Of a stretch of 64,000 bases of DNA, positions 9,003 through 18,619 are shown one piece after another. The translations under genes were made by a program, and so were the position numbers. Source of the DNA: an archaeon (GTDB lineage: Archaea > Nanobdellota > Nanobdellia > Pacearchaeales > GW2011-AR1); contig JABHLR010000005.1 of the NCBI GenBank assembly GCA_018693315.1, positions 11,975 through 75,974 of the forward strand, in the 5' to 3' direction. The notes under the pieces are model-generated. The model ran no database searches and was not told the DNA's origin. It saw nothing but the letters and a program-made list of their open reading frames with translations. The stretch's first letter is position 1; each line of letters opens with the position of its first letter.

Positions 9003-12000
9003 ATGAGAAAATTTGGTGTGTTAGCTTTGGTTTTGGTTTTTTTATTTGCGTTTAGTTTTGTTGCGGCGGGGGGTGGATCGCGTGATATAATTAGAAATGT
9101 TGGTTATGAGAATGTGCGTTCTGTAGATGGGGATGTTTGTACGGTAGATCTTTATTTTGATTCTTGTGTTTGGCCAGATTTGGTCATTACCAATCAATGG
9201 TCTAGTAAAACAATTGACGATATTCAAACGGACCCCGAGGGTGATGATCTTGGGTCATGTTGGGGTGGCCAGTTGGTGCACCAGGAAGGTCAGTATTATC
9301 CTGGGACTGCTGCAAGGTATTATGTTAGGGATTTAGATGTTTCTTGTGAGACTGCTGAGGATCATGTTTTTTATGTTAAGGGTACTTGTAGCGGCGGCGA
9401 GTATTGTTGGGAGAATGAAACACATTCAATAGATGTTAATTATGAGGTGCCCTTTATTCCGAGAGATGTTTGTGGTTTATCTGGGATGGTTGGTTTTTGG
9501 GATTTTAGTGGTACGTCTGATACGGTTGTAACTGACTTTAGCGGTAACGGGTTTAATGGAGTAATGGAAGATTCTTCTACTCGTGTTGCTGGAAAAGTTG
9601 GAGAAGCGTTAAGTTTTTCAGGAGCAGGGAGAGTTAATCTTGGTAATTCTGCTTTGTTGAATCCGGTGAGTGAACTGAGTATTGAATTTTTGATGAAAAC
9701 TGCGGATGATGCTGCAGATATTGGAGTTATGTTTTCGAGGCATTGGAGTTTGGATACTGGCCCTAATTGGGCTCAGAGATTGTCTGTCGTCGCTGGAAAG
9801 CTTAATTTTGGGTATGCTGGTGGGGTGAGTTTAACTGGGAATGCGGATGTTGCGAATGGTGTTTGGCACCATGTTGTTTTGACTCATGATGGATCTAGTT
9901 TTAAGCTTTATGTTGATGGGGTTTTGGACAGAAGCGTTCCGGCTCCCGGGAATTTTATTAGTTCTACTTCTAATACATATATAGGGAATTCTAATTATGC
10001 GGGGAATTATGGGATTGGTCATTATAATGGATTGATGGATGAGGTTGCGTTTTATAATCGGGCGTTGACTACTGCGGAAATTTCTGGGCATTATGTGAGT
10101 GTTAGCAATGGTGTTAATTATTGTACGCCTATTGAGGCTGAGAGCACTTGCAATGCTGTTAATTTGGATGTCTATAAAGTTGATCGAGCGACGTATGCGG
10201 TTCCACCTGTTGGTTTGTCTGATGATATTAATTATATGACCCTTGATCGTTCTGCTTCTGATTTGACTGCTTCTGATTTGGCGAATGTTGATGTTTTGAT
10301 TATTGCTGATACTTATTTGACAGGGGATCCAACTCATTCCTGCGATTCTTTGAATGAATGGTCTTGTGCCGCGAATTATGTGAATATTATAGGTAGTTTT
10401 GCGGAGTTAGATGTGATAAAGGATGCTTGGGAAGGTGGGATGGATGTTATTTTGATTGGTGATAATGGCGGTACTCCTGTTGGTAATTCAATAGCAAATT
10501 ATTGGTCAGCGACGGTTACAAACTATTTGACAGACACTATGTATTATACTAATTATGGTATTGCTTATGCTAATGCTCCCCTTGATCCTCCGACTCCAGA
10601 TTTGGCCCAGTTTCCTTTTTTGGAAGGTGTCCAATTCTCTTTGTCATGGGATGGTATCTGGTCTCCTGGGTTGATTTACAATGTGTATTCTCCTGCTAAG
10701 TGTGCTGCTCGTACTGTTATTGATGGATCTTGTATTGCTGCCTATTTACCAAGGGCTGCGGGTCGTGGTTATTTATTTGTTTCTGGTAATGCTAATGTTG
10801 GAAGTGATATTTATACTAAGAATCTGATTGAGAGGAGTTGTCAGGCTGAATGTGCTCTACCTAATTTAGAAGGGTATTGGAGTTTTAACGATGGTTCGAG
10901 TACGAGTGTTTCTGATTTGAGTGGGAATTTTAATAATGGAGTTGTTGTTGGTATGGGTGACGATGATTTGAGCAGTGGGGTATCTGGCTTGGCTTTAGAT
11001 TTTGACGGAGTGGAGGATTATGTTGAGGTGGCAAATAATGATAATTTGAAGTTGGAAAAATTTACGACGGCTGCTTGGTTTAAGGTTAATCGTTTGTTGC
11101 AAGCAGGGGATGAATCTTGGGTGATTTTAATGAGGGGAGAAGAGGTTCAATCTGGGAATTTGAATTATAATACTCAACTTATTAATAGTCCTACTTTGTT
11201 TGGTGAGGATAGTATGAAGCTGGCTTGTGGTTTTGAAAATACTGTTGATACTAACCACTGGATTATTTATGACGTGCATGATGCTTCTTTTGTTGACCGA
11301 TGGATTCATGTTGCTTGTACTTTGGACGGAAACGATTGGAAGATGTATATTGATGGGGAAGAGGTTTCAACTGATTTAAGGAATGGTCGTGAAGCAATAG
11401 CGAGCCTTGGCGGAACTAAACCTTCGCTGATTACTTCTCCTTTTTATGTTGGGGGGGCTTTTTCCAGTGATGGTGATGAAGGAGGAGTAGATGACGTGGT
11501 TAGCTTTTTCGATGGTTCGATAGATGAGGTTTCTGTTTGGAGCAAAGCTTTGACTGCGGTGGAGGTTAAGAATTTGTACGATAAAGGAACGGCTGGACTT
11601 GGGTATTGTGATGTTGCTCCTGTGAGTGAGATTATGTGGGCAGATATGAATGGTGATGAGATTGTTAGTGCTGATCTTGGGGATACTGTTCAGATGATTA
11701 AGACTTATGCTGGTTCTGGAAGTTTTGATATTTTTGAGGAGGATGATACTGTTACAGATCCTTTTGATGATGAGATTAGGAATGATATTGCCGGCGTTGG
11801 TGTTGGTAGTAATTTGATCGGGAAGTGGACCATAACTCAGGACGATTTAAGGAAGACTCTTGGGGATTATGAGGAGTTTAGGTTTATTGTCGACGGTGAG
11901 ACGAGCGAGGCTTTGAGTATTAATCCAAGGAGAGATGATGATAGGATGGTTGTTGGTGTTGAGAATCCGGCTTGTGGTACTCATTTTAACCAAGGAGATG

Positions 12001-12527
12001 GTACAATTATTAGGGTTGTTGTCAGTGATCGTGACGATGAGGTTAGTGGATCTTTAGCTGTTTCTGATGTTGAGGTTGCTACTTTTGGCAATGGTGGAGT
12101 TATTCAGGGCTATACATTTAGTGTTCCTGGTAATGTGCAGATTGTTGCTGATGCGAATAATACTCGAGGGAAGAGATCGCGGTCGGTTTCGAGTGTGATG
12201 GTTTTGGATAGGACTGTTGATGGTAAATATTCTGCGGCTTGTATTGATAGGCCTAGGAATTTTGAGGATTTTGAGGGGAATAGTATTCCGATTGATGCTT
12301 CGACGAGTCGGGCTGTTAGAGTTACTAATGGTGGGACTACAGCGACAGTGATTGTACCTGGAGATCCTGGTTTGAATTGGTATTGGACTTTTTCGAGGAG
12401 AGATGGTAATCATGAAATTAGGAATGTTTTAGGTGTTGCCGGAGAGAGTCTTCTTGCTTATAATTTTACTGCTGAGTTTCCTAGTTCTGGAAATAATTGG
12501 GCTACGTTGGGATTGGATTTGGATTAG
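9003..12527 (+). CDS. Large secreted protein with two LamG domains and the shared C-terminal module
   Basis: Two LamG_3 patterns (VGFWDF..WHHVVLT..LYVDG..MDEVAFYNRALT; EGYWSF..WIHVAC..IDEVSVWSKALT); C-terminus paralogous to 4353..5708. Confidence 0.85.
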   Translation: MRKFGVLALVLVFLFAFSFVAAGGGSRDIIRNVGYENVRSVDGDVCTVDLYFDSCVWPDLVITNQWSSKTIDDIQTDPEGDDLGSCWGGQLVHQEGQYYPGTAARYYVRDLDVSCETAEDHVFYVKGTCSGGEYCWENETHSIDVNYEVPFIPRDVCGLSGMVGFWDFSGTSDTVVTDFSGNGFNGVMEDSSTRVAGKVGEALSFSGAGRVNLGNSALLNPVSELSIEFLMKTADDAADIGVMFSRHWSLDTGPNWAQRLSVVAGKLNFGYAGGVSLTGNADVANGVWHHVVLTHDGSSFKLYVDGVLDRSVPAPGNFISSTSNTYIGNSNYAGNYGIGHYNGLMDEVAFYNRALTTAEISGHYVSVSNGVNYCTPIEAESTCNAVNLDVYKVDRATYAVPPVGLSDDINYMTLDRSASDLTASDLANVDVLIIADTYLTGDPTHSCDSLNEWSCAANYVNIIGSFAELDVIKDAWEGGMDVILIGDNGGTPVGNSIANYWSATVTNYLTDTMYYTNYGIAYANAPLDPPTPDLAQFPFLEGVQFSLSWDGIWSPGLIYNVYSPAKCAARTVIDGSCIAAYLPRAAGRGYLFVSGNANVGSDIYTKNLIERSCQAECALPNLEGYWSFNDGSSTSVSDLSGNFNNGVVVGMGDDDLSSGVSGLALDFDGVEDYVEVANNDNLKLEKFTTAAWFKVNRLLQAGDESWVILMRGEEVQSGNLNYNTQLINSPTLFGEDSMKLACGFENTVDTNHWIIYDVHDASFVDRWIHVACTLDGNDWKMYIDGEEVSTDLRNGREAIASLGGTKPSLITSPFYVGGAFSSDGDEGGVDDVVSFFDGSIDEVSVWSKALTAVEVKNLYDKGTAGLGYCDVAPVSEIMWADMNGDEIVSADLGDTVQMIKTYAGSGSFDIFEEDDTVTDPFDDEIRNDIAGVGVGSNLIGKWTITQDDLRKTLGDYEEFRFIVDGETSEALSINPRRDDDRMVVGVENPACGTHFNQGDGTIIRVVVSDRDDEVSGSLAVSDVEVATFGNGGVIQGYTFSVPGNVQIVADANNTRGKRSRSVSSVMVLDRTVDGKYSAACIDRPRNFEDFEGNSIPIDASTSRAVRVTNGGTTATVIVPGDPGLNWYWTFSRRDGNHEIRNVLGVAGESLLAYNFTAEFPSSGNNWATLGLDLD
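12121..12527 (+). repeat. Direct repeat copy 2 (of 5302..5708)
   Basis: Near-identical nucleotide sequence ending at the stop codon. Confidence 0.95.
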
Positions 12528-12572
12528 TTTCTTGGGGGAATGATTTAAATAGTGGTTTGTGTTATATTGTTT

Positions 12573-12845
12573 ATGAAAAAGTTGTTGATGCTTTGTTTTG
12601 CTCTTGTTTTTTTTGCTAGTTTTGTCGTCGCTGCGCCTTCAGAGGTTAGAGCGAATTTTATAATTAATGATGATGAAGTAGTTGCTAACGATGATGACCT
12701 TTCTCTTCTTGAGCCTAGCTTTTGGGATAGTTATGGTAATACGCTGATAGCGATTATAGTTTTGATAATTATTTATGTTTTGTTTAAGAGTTTTAGTAAG
12801 AAGACAAAAAAGAAAACTAAGGGCAAATCTCGTAAAAGAAAGTGA
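12573..12845 (+). CDS. Small secreted protein with C-terminal TM and Lys-rich tail
   Basis: Signal peptide, acidic linker, TM helix, KKTKKKTKGKSRKRK. Confidence 0.65.
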   Translation: MKKLLMLCFALVFFASFVVAAPSEVRANFIINDDEVVANDDDLSLLEPSFWDSYGNTLIAIIVLIIIYVLFKSFSKKTKKKTKGKSRKRK

Positions 12846-12883
12846 TTTGAAATGTTTATAAAGTATTGTTGCTAGGTTGTTAT

Positions 12884-15565
12884 ATGAAAAGATTGGTGAT
12901 GTTTTTCGTTTTGGCTTTAGCTTTGAGTTTCGTTTCTGCTTCTGTGAGTGTTCATAACATTACTGTCGATATCGCGTATTCTCCGTTTGAAAATTTGAGT
13001 GGTGAAATTAATTTGACTATTGAAGGGGAGGGATATGATGATTTGATAACTTCGAATGATAATGATAGTATTGGGATTGGAGATTTTTTGAATGCAAGCG
13101 GTGTTTTGTTCGGGTGTTCTCCTCCTGATTGTTCTAAGGATTATACTGCTTCTTCGGGTGGTATGGATAATAGTTTTGATATTGGTACTTCTGGTAAGAG
13201 TTATCTTGGTTTTGTTTTGAATGGAGATAATGTTGAGTTGACCAGTATGAATTTTAAGGTTGAGAGTAATTTTGAGGAGAGTTCGAAAGTGCCGCTGACT
13301 ATTGATTTTTTTGAGAGAGAGAATTGGAAGTATGAGGAGTTTTCAAATGATTTTTTGAATGAAAATTGGGGTTGTTATAATCCGGCGATTGAAGAGGTTG
13401 GGCCTGTAATAGGAAGTTTGCTTTATTGTGAGATGGTTTCTGTTCCTGACAGTGGGGTTTTGAAGGTTGGAGCTAAGGTTAGTGGGGTTGATGATAAGAA
13501 ATTGAATATGGAGGTTTGTCCTGAAGGTAGCACAGGTGGTTGTAGGGTATGTGATTATAATACCAGTGTCGATAGTGGATGTACAGTTTTTCCTGATGAG
13601 GGATATATATTTTCTGAGGGTGATTATCGGGTTTGTGTGAGTGCTGATACTACTACTAATTATAGGATATTTAGCGAGGATGGTGGAGAGAATTGCGGTT
13701 TTACGCATGAGTTGATGAACCCAGAGGATAGTGTGAATGATTATGCTATTTTTGCTCAAACTGTTAAGTACGATTCTTCTCTTGCTCTTGGTGCTGTTAG
13801 TTTTGATCAGGAGAGGTTTGTTGAGGCGGCTAACGATCTTCTTGAGAAAAGATATGGTAATGATTGTTCGGATGGTTGTATTTTGCCTATAGCTATTTCG
13901 GGGATTCCCCAAGATGTTAGAGTTTATGATGTTGCGCTGGAATTTGTTAAAGATAATCAGGTTGATTCTACAAATCAGGTTTATGATTTAAGTACAGTTC
14001 CGGTTCTTGTCGATTATAGCGGAGTTGTTGATTTGGGGGCTTTGGGTTTTTCTGTTTCTAAAACCATGGAGTATATTGTTTCTTTGTCTGATGTCCAGCT
14101 GCTTAAGAAAAAAATTAATATTTTACCCGCTCCGATTATTTTGAATGTTTTTCCTTTGGACCCGCCCGCAGGTGTTCCTGTTAATTTTTATGTTAATGTC
14201 GATTTTGATGCGAATAAATCTTTGACTTATGATTGGGATTTTGGTGACGGCACTAAGGACGAAACCGGTGTTCCTTATGCTCTTCATTCTTATGGGAGTT
14301 TGGGAAATTATACAATGACGGTTGAGGTTAGCGCTGGTGGAAATCTGACTTCTGAAAAAAGTTTTAATGTTGTTACGGTTAGTCCGGAGTTTGCTGTTAA
14401 TTCAACTCTTATTTCTAAGAGAAAGGCTTTGAAGGATTTCGTTAAGGATGTTTCTGAATTTCCATCTTGGTATAGTGAGGCTTTGTCTAAGCTTGCTGAT
14501 GTTGATTTTTTTGATGGTGAATTAGATAGGTTAGATAGGGCAAGGAATAATTCTTTTAGCGAGTCTGATTTTATTAAGGTTGCCGAGGAGCTTTATGATT
14601 TGAATGTTCCTAAGGGGATTACCATAAATAGTTTTACTAGTCCTTATTTGATGACAGAACCGACTGATATTAATATTGAGCCAGTTGCTACAATTGGCGG
14701 TGGTTCGACTGGTGCGTCTAATAGCGTTTATCAAAATCCGATTTTGGTGTGGCAAGAACAAAATGTCGTTGCTGATTTTGAAACAAAAGGATTTTCTGTT
14801 GTTTCTTGGAAGGGTGAAATTAATGAGGTTTTTAGAATATATTCTATGAATGTTGAATCTAGTAGTTATGGTGAAAGTTATTTTGTGATTAATAAGCCGT
14901 TTAATGATTTGTATTTTAATGGAGAAGCTAGTGCTAGGAAGGCTGGTAATGCTACTGTGATTATTTTGAATGAAGGAGTGAAGCAATCGTTTGGGTTTTA
15001 TTATAAGACTGGAGAAGAGACCTCGTTTTTTGTTTCTCCAAAATTAAGTTCGGTTATTCTCGAGGGAAATATTGAAGATATTTGTGATTATGATTTTATT
15101 TGTGAGGAAGAGATGGGAGAAAATTCGGATACTTGTCGGAATGATTGTAAGCCTGTTTTTGGTGCGATTCTTTATGTTATTTTGTCCTTGATTTTTTTGT
15201 TGATAATTTATTCTGTTTTGCAGATTTGGTACAAGCATCGTTACGAGGGGCATTTATTTAGGGATAGGAGGCAGCTGTACAATCTTTTGATGTATGTTAC
15301 TAATGCGAGAGCTAGAGGAATGAGTGATGATAGGATTGCTGCTGAGCTTCGAAAGCAGGGTTGGTCAACAGAGAGAGTTAATTATATTATTAAGAAGTCG
15401 AGAGGTCAGAGAACTGGACTTTATGAGATTATTCCGTTTGAGAAAATTTCTGCCTTCTTTAGAAATCGAAAGGCGCAGAAGATTGAGGCGGCGAAGGTTG
15501 CTACTGGGGTTCGACAACAAGACAGGAGAAACATTAATAAATCTGGGTTGCAAAGAAAATTCTAG
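12884..15565 (+). CDS. Membrane-anchored PKD-domain surface protein
   Basis: Signal peptide; LTYDWDFGDG..HSY...GNYTMTVEV PKD signature; C-terminal TM plus cytoplasmic tail (LRKQGWSTERV). Confidence 0.85.
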   Translation: MKRLVMFFVLALALSFVSASVSVHNITVDIAYSPFENLSGEINLTIEGEGYDDLITSNDNDSIGIGDFLNASGVLFGCSPPDCSKDYTASSGGMDNSFDIGTSGKSYLGFVLNGDNVELTSMNFKVESNFEESSKVPLTIDFFERENWKYEEFSNDFLNENWGCYNPAIEEVGPVIGSLLYCEMVSVPDSGVLKVGAKVSGVDDKKLNMEVCPEGSTGGCRVCDYNTSVDSGCTVFPDEGYIFSEGDYRVCVSADTTTNYRIFSEDGGENCGFTHELMNPEDSVNDYAIFAQTVKYDSSLALGAVSFDQERFVEAANDLLEKRYGNDCSDGCILPIAISGIPQDVRVYDVALEFVKDNQVDSTNQVYDLSTVPVLVDYSGVVDLGALGFSVSKTMEYIVSLSDVQLLKKKINILPAPIILNVFPLDPPAGVPVNFYVNVDFDANKSLTYDWDFGDGTKDETGVPYALHSYGSLGNYTMTVEVSAGGNLTSEKSFNVVTVSPEFAVNSTLISKRKALKDFVKDVSEFPSWYSEALSKLADVDFFDGELDRLDRARNNSFSESDFIKVAEELYDLNVPKGITINSFTSPYLMTEPTDINIEPVATIGGGSTGASNSVYQNPILVWQEQNVVADFETKGFSVVSWKGEINEVFRIYSMNVESSSYGESYFVINKPFNDLYFNGEASARKAGNATVIILNEGVKQSFGFYYKTGEETSFFVSPKLSSVILEGNIEDICDYDFICEEEMGENSDTCRNDCKPVFGAILYVILSLIFLLIIYSVLQIWYKHRYEGHLFRDRRQLYNLLMYVTNARARGMSDDRIAAELRKQGWSTERVNYIIKKSRGQRTGLYEIIPFEKISAFFRNRKAQKIEAAKVATGVRQQDRRNINKSGLQRKF

Positions 15566-15566
15566 G

Positions 15567-16205
15567 ATGATTAAGATAATTAAAAACTTCGCTAGAAGAA
15601 TTTTTTCCAGCGTCTTTAAGAAAAAAGGAGAAATAAAGTTGGGATTCTATGGTTCGCCTAATGCTGGGAAGACTAGTTTGGCTAATCGAATTTGTCAAGA
15701 TTGGTTGGGCGAGGATTTGGGTAGTGTGAGTAAGATGCCGCATGAGACAAGAGAGATTCAGGTTAAGGAAAAAGTTGCGATTGAGAAGGATGGGAAGAAG
15801 CTCGAGTTTAAGTTGATTGATACTCCAGGGATTGCGACTAAGATTGATTTTGAAGATTTTATGAAGTTTGGTTTGAAGAAGAAGGCTGCGCAGGGTCGGG
15901 CTAAGGAAGCGACTCAGGGAATTATTGAATCGATTAAGTGGCTGGATGATATGGACGCTGTTGTTGTTTTGATTGATGCGACTATTAATCCTTATAGTCA
16001 GGTTAATATTACTATTATTGGGAATTTGGTTGCTAGGAAGATTCCGGTTTTGATTGTTGCGAATAAGATTGATTTGAAGAAGGCTGATATTAAGAAAGTG
16101 CAGGGGGCTTTCCCCGAGTATGAGGTTGTTGGGATCTCTGCGAAGAACGGGGATAATATCGAGGAGTTTTATGAAGAGCTATTTAAATTGGTTAAGAAAG
16201 TTTAA
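15567..16205 (+). CDS. oapA: Era-like small GTPase (OapA-like)
   Basis: GSPNAGKTS (G1), HETR (G2), DTPG (G3), NKID (G4), ISA (G5); followed by DUF2073-like and Zn-ribbon genes. Confidence 0.85.
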   Translation: MIKIIKNFARRIFSSVFKKKGEIKLGFYGSPNAGKTSLANRICQDWLGEDLGSVSKMPHETREIQVKEKVAIEKDGKKLEFKLIDTPGIATKIDFEDFMKFGLKKKAAQGRAKEATQGIIESIKWLDDMDAVVVLIDATINPYSQVNITIIGNLVARKIPVLIVANKIDLKKADIKKVQGAFPEYEVVGISAKNGDNIEEFYEELFKLVKKV

Positions 16206-16232
16206 ATAATACTAAAACAAAGTAATAACAAT

Positions 16233-16676
16233 ATGGTGAAGAAAAAAGTGGTGAAAAAAGTTTCTAAGAAGAAGAAGGTTTCTAGGAAATCTGTGGCGAA
16301 GGATTTGACGATTCATTTTATGCCGTATTCTGAGATTGCGCATGAGGATGCGATTGGTAGGATTAAGAAAATTATGGGGATTGTTTTGAAGGGAAAGATT
16401 ATTATTTTGCAGGGGAAGTTGAGGCCTGATGAAGAGGCGAGGTTGATTGAGAATTCTATGACGCTGATTGGGAATATCGAAGGATTTCAAGGGGTTGAGA
16501 TTGCTGGGCTTTCTGGAGAGAATGAGAACCGTGGTTTGTTTGAGAAAGTGAGGCATAATATTGCGAGAATTTTGGTGGGAGAGCAGGATGCGATCACGAT
16601 TATTGGGCCAGCTTCTGTTGTTAAGGATATTACGAAGGATCCGAAGAAGATTGAGTTGATGCTTCAGCGTAGATAG
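16233..16676 (+). CDS. oapB: DUF2073 family protein (OapB-like)
   Basis: IIILQGKLRPDEEARLIE..FQGVEI..ITIIGPA motif; synteny with GTPase and Zn-ribbon. Confidence 0.8.
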   Translation: MVKKKVVKKVSKKKKVSRKSVAKDLTIHFMPYSEIAHEDAIGRIKKIMGIVLKGKIIILQGKLRPDEEARLIENSMTLIGNIEGFQGVEIAGLSGENENRGLFEKVRHNIARILVGEQDAITIIGPASVVKDITKDPKKIELMLQRR

Positions 16677-16710
16677 ATAAGTTTATTAATTTCTTAGTTC
16701 TGTTTATTGT

Positions 16711-17079
16711 ATGCCACATCAATGCGTACATTGTAGTAAAATAATTGAAGTTGGGAGTAAGGAAATTCTCGAGGGTTGTAATAGTTGTGGCGGTAAGTTT
16801 TTTTTCTATATTCGTGATGAGCAGGCGGCTAAAATAAAGGAGTCGAAGGAGGAAGTTATTCCGGAGTTTAATACTGTCGATAAGGTGAAAGTTGAGGAGG
16901 ACGTTCGTAGTATTTTGAAGGTTGAGGATGATGAGAAGCCTGTGATTTTGGATTTGGAGAGCGTGAAGGTTTTAGGTCCTGGAAAGTTTGAGTTGGATAT
17001 TGTGAGTTTGATGAACAGGAAGCCGATTGTGTTTAAGGTTAGCGAAGGGAAATATATTATTGATATTGAGGGGATGTGA
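16711..17079 (+). CDS. oapC: Zn-ribbon protein DUF2072 (OapC-like)
   Basis: MPHQCVHC...GCNSCGGKFFFY and ESVKVLGPGKFELD..EGKYIID motifs. Confidence 0.85.
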   Translation: MPHQCVHCSKIIEVGSKEILEGCNSCGGKFFFYIRDEQAAKIKESKEEVIPEFNTVDKVKVEEDVRSILKVEDDEKPVILDLESVKVLGPGKFELDIVSLMNRKPIVFKVSEGKYIIDIEGM

Positions 17080-17113
17080 TTAATTTTAAATAGTATTTTT
17101 GCTAGTATTTGTT

Positions 17114-18589
17114 ATGAAAAAGAGAGTATGGAGTTCTTGCGAAAACCATTCACGTATTTTTCGCGGGGCTCAAAAAAGTGGGATGTCTGCGATTGTTGCG
17201 ACGGTGTTGGTTGTCTTGATTGTTGTTGTTACTGTCGGAGTTGTGTGGGGCCTTGTTCTTCCTGTGGTTCAAGATGGGGTGGAAACTGAAATTTCTGATG
17301 TTAGAATTTCTATTGATACTGGTGGAGGTTACACTTTTTTTAATGAAAGTACCGGTGAAGCTTGTGTCCAGGTGAGGAGGTCTAGTGATAACACAAATTT
17401 AGTCAGAATTGATGTTATATTTTCTTTCGGTGGCGATACGTTTGTTGGTAATTTTACTGGTGCTGAGATCCCAGGTGCGAATGAAGCTAATACAGAATGT
17501 TTTGATCTGAGTGATTTTACTAATGAAGACGGGAGCCAAAGATTTCCAGATTCAGTAGAGCTTTCTCCCATTTTTCTTGATGGTGGCAGAGAGGTTGTTG
17601 GAAGCAGAACGCCTAAGGTTGTTAAAATAAAAAATGGAACTAGTGTTGGTGTTGATTCTGATCCACAGAGGATTGATGATGGAGAAGATGACGAGGTTGA
17701 TAACTGTAGGACTTTAGATGTTGCAGGAGGAGAATATAGGTTAGTAAAAGATATTATTAGTGATTCTACTTGTTTTATAATAGTCGCAGAGGGCATTAGC
17801 TTGGATTTAAATGGATTTAATATAACTGGTGAGGGCGATGGGTATGGTGTTTCTGTTGAGGCAGATGGTGCAACTGTTAAGAATGGCGAGATTTATAGTT
17901 TTAATAATGGCATTTATTTGAATGGGGTTAGTGGAAATAATTTGATGAACATTAATGTTGAATCTAGTTATGGAAGTGGTATATACCTTGTCTCAAGTTC
18001 TAATAATAATCTCACAGCTATAGTTTCGAATTCGAATGGGGCGGATGGAATATCTTTTTCTGGAAGTTCCGGGAATATTCTTAGAGATAGTACTACGAAT
18101 TCGAATGGGGCGAGGTTGAGTGGCGGTGGCGGGGTGATGATTTTTGGGGGTTCGAATAATATCTTGATGGATTTAATCTCTGTTTATAATCAGGGTTCAT
18201 CGTCAGATGGAATTTATATAATGAGGAGTCATTCTAATGTGTTGTTGGATATTAACGCAAGTTATAATGGACAGGTGCCAGGGGGTTTCCCTAGAGATAA
18301 TAAAGCAGATGGTGTTCAAATTAAAGAAGGCAATTCTAACAATCTCACTAGGGTTATCGCTATGTTTAATGGCCACCATGGGCTTTATTTTGAAGGTAAG
18401 AACGATGAGTCCCTGATAGTTTCCAGTTTGGTTGCTGATAGCACTTTTTGTGATAATAATGATGATATAGTGGATGTTAAATGTAAGGATTACCATATTT
18501 ATCAAAATCATGGTTTTGGCAATAAGTATGATTCTTTTAGGAGTTCCTGCGGAGAGCTTTTTGGAACTGATGCAGTTCCTTGTGATTAA
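17114..18589 (+). CDS. Pilin-like surface protein with right-handed beta-helix (NosD/CASH-like) domain
   Basis: KSG|MSAIVATVLVVLIVVV signal; N-domain paralogous to the 631 and 18620 genes; LDLNGFNI, GIYL..SNNNL repeats. Confidence 0.8.
   Translation: MKKRVWSSCENHSRIFRGAQKSGMSAIVATVLVVLIVVVTVGVVWGLVLPVVQDGVETEISDVRISIDTGGGYTFFNESTGEACVQVRRSSDNTNLVRIDVIFSFGGDTFVGNFTGAEIPGANEANTECFDLSDFTNEDGSQRFPDSVELSPIFLDGGREVVGSRTPKVVKIKNGTSVGVDSDPQRIDDGEDDEVDNCRTLDVAGGEYRLVKDIISDSTCFIIVAEGISLDLNGFNITGEGDGYGVSVEADGATVKNGEIYSFNNGIYLNGVSGNNLMNINVESSYGSGIYLVSSSNNNLTAIVSNSNGADGISFSGSSGNILRDSTTNSNGARLSGGGGVMIFGGSNNILMDLISVYNQGSSSDGIYIMRSHSNVLLDINASYNGQVPGGFPRDNKADGVQIKEGNSNNLTRVIAMFNGHHGLYFEGKNDESLIVSSLVADSTFCDNNDDIVDVKCKDYHIYQNHGFGNKYDSFRSSCGELFGTDAVPCD
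17123..17176. repeat. 54-nt in-frame palindromic insertion; core also present at 32663..32691
   Basis: GAGTTCTTGCGAAAA-ccattcacgtat-TTTTCGCGGGGCTC hairpin; absent from paralogous signal peptides; AGTTCTT(G)CGAAAACCATTCA(C/A)GTATTTTT shared with the NYN gene 3' end. Confidence 0.7.
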
Positions 18590-18619
18590 ATTTAAATAGT
18601 ATTTTTGTTAGTATTTATT

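Noticed and set aside
5302-12527. Diversity-generating retroelement TR/VR pair
   Set aside because: Mismatches between the repeats are not confined to adenines, both copies are coding, and no reverse transcriptase is in the window.
15324-15566. N-terminal extension of the GTPase in the ORF track
   Set aside because: It overlaps the PKD gene; the ATG at 15567 gives a normal-length protein.
15567-17100. Replication origin next to oapABC
   Set aside because: No sizeable intergenic region, ORB-like repeats, cdc6 or skew switch.
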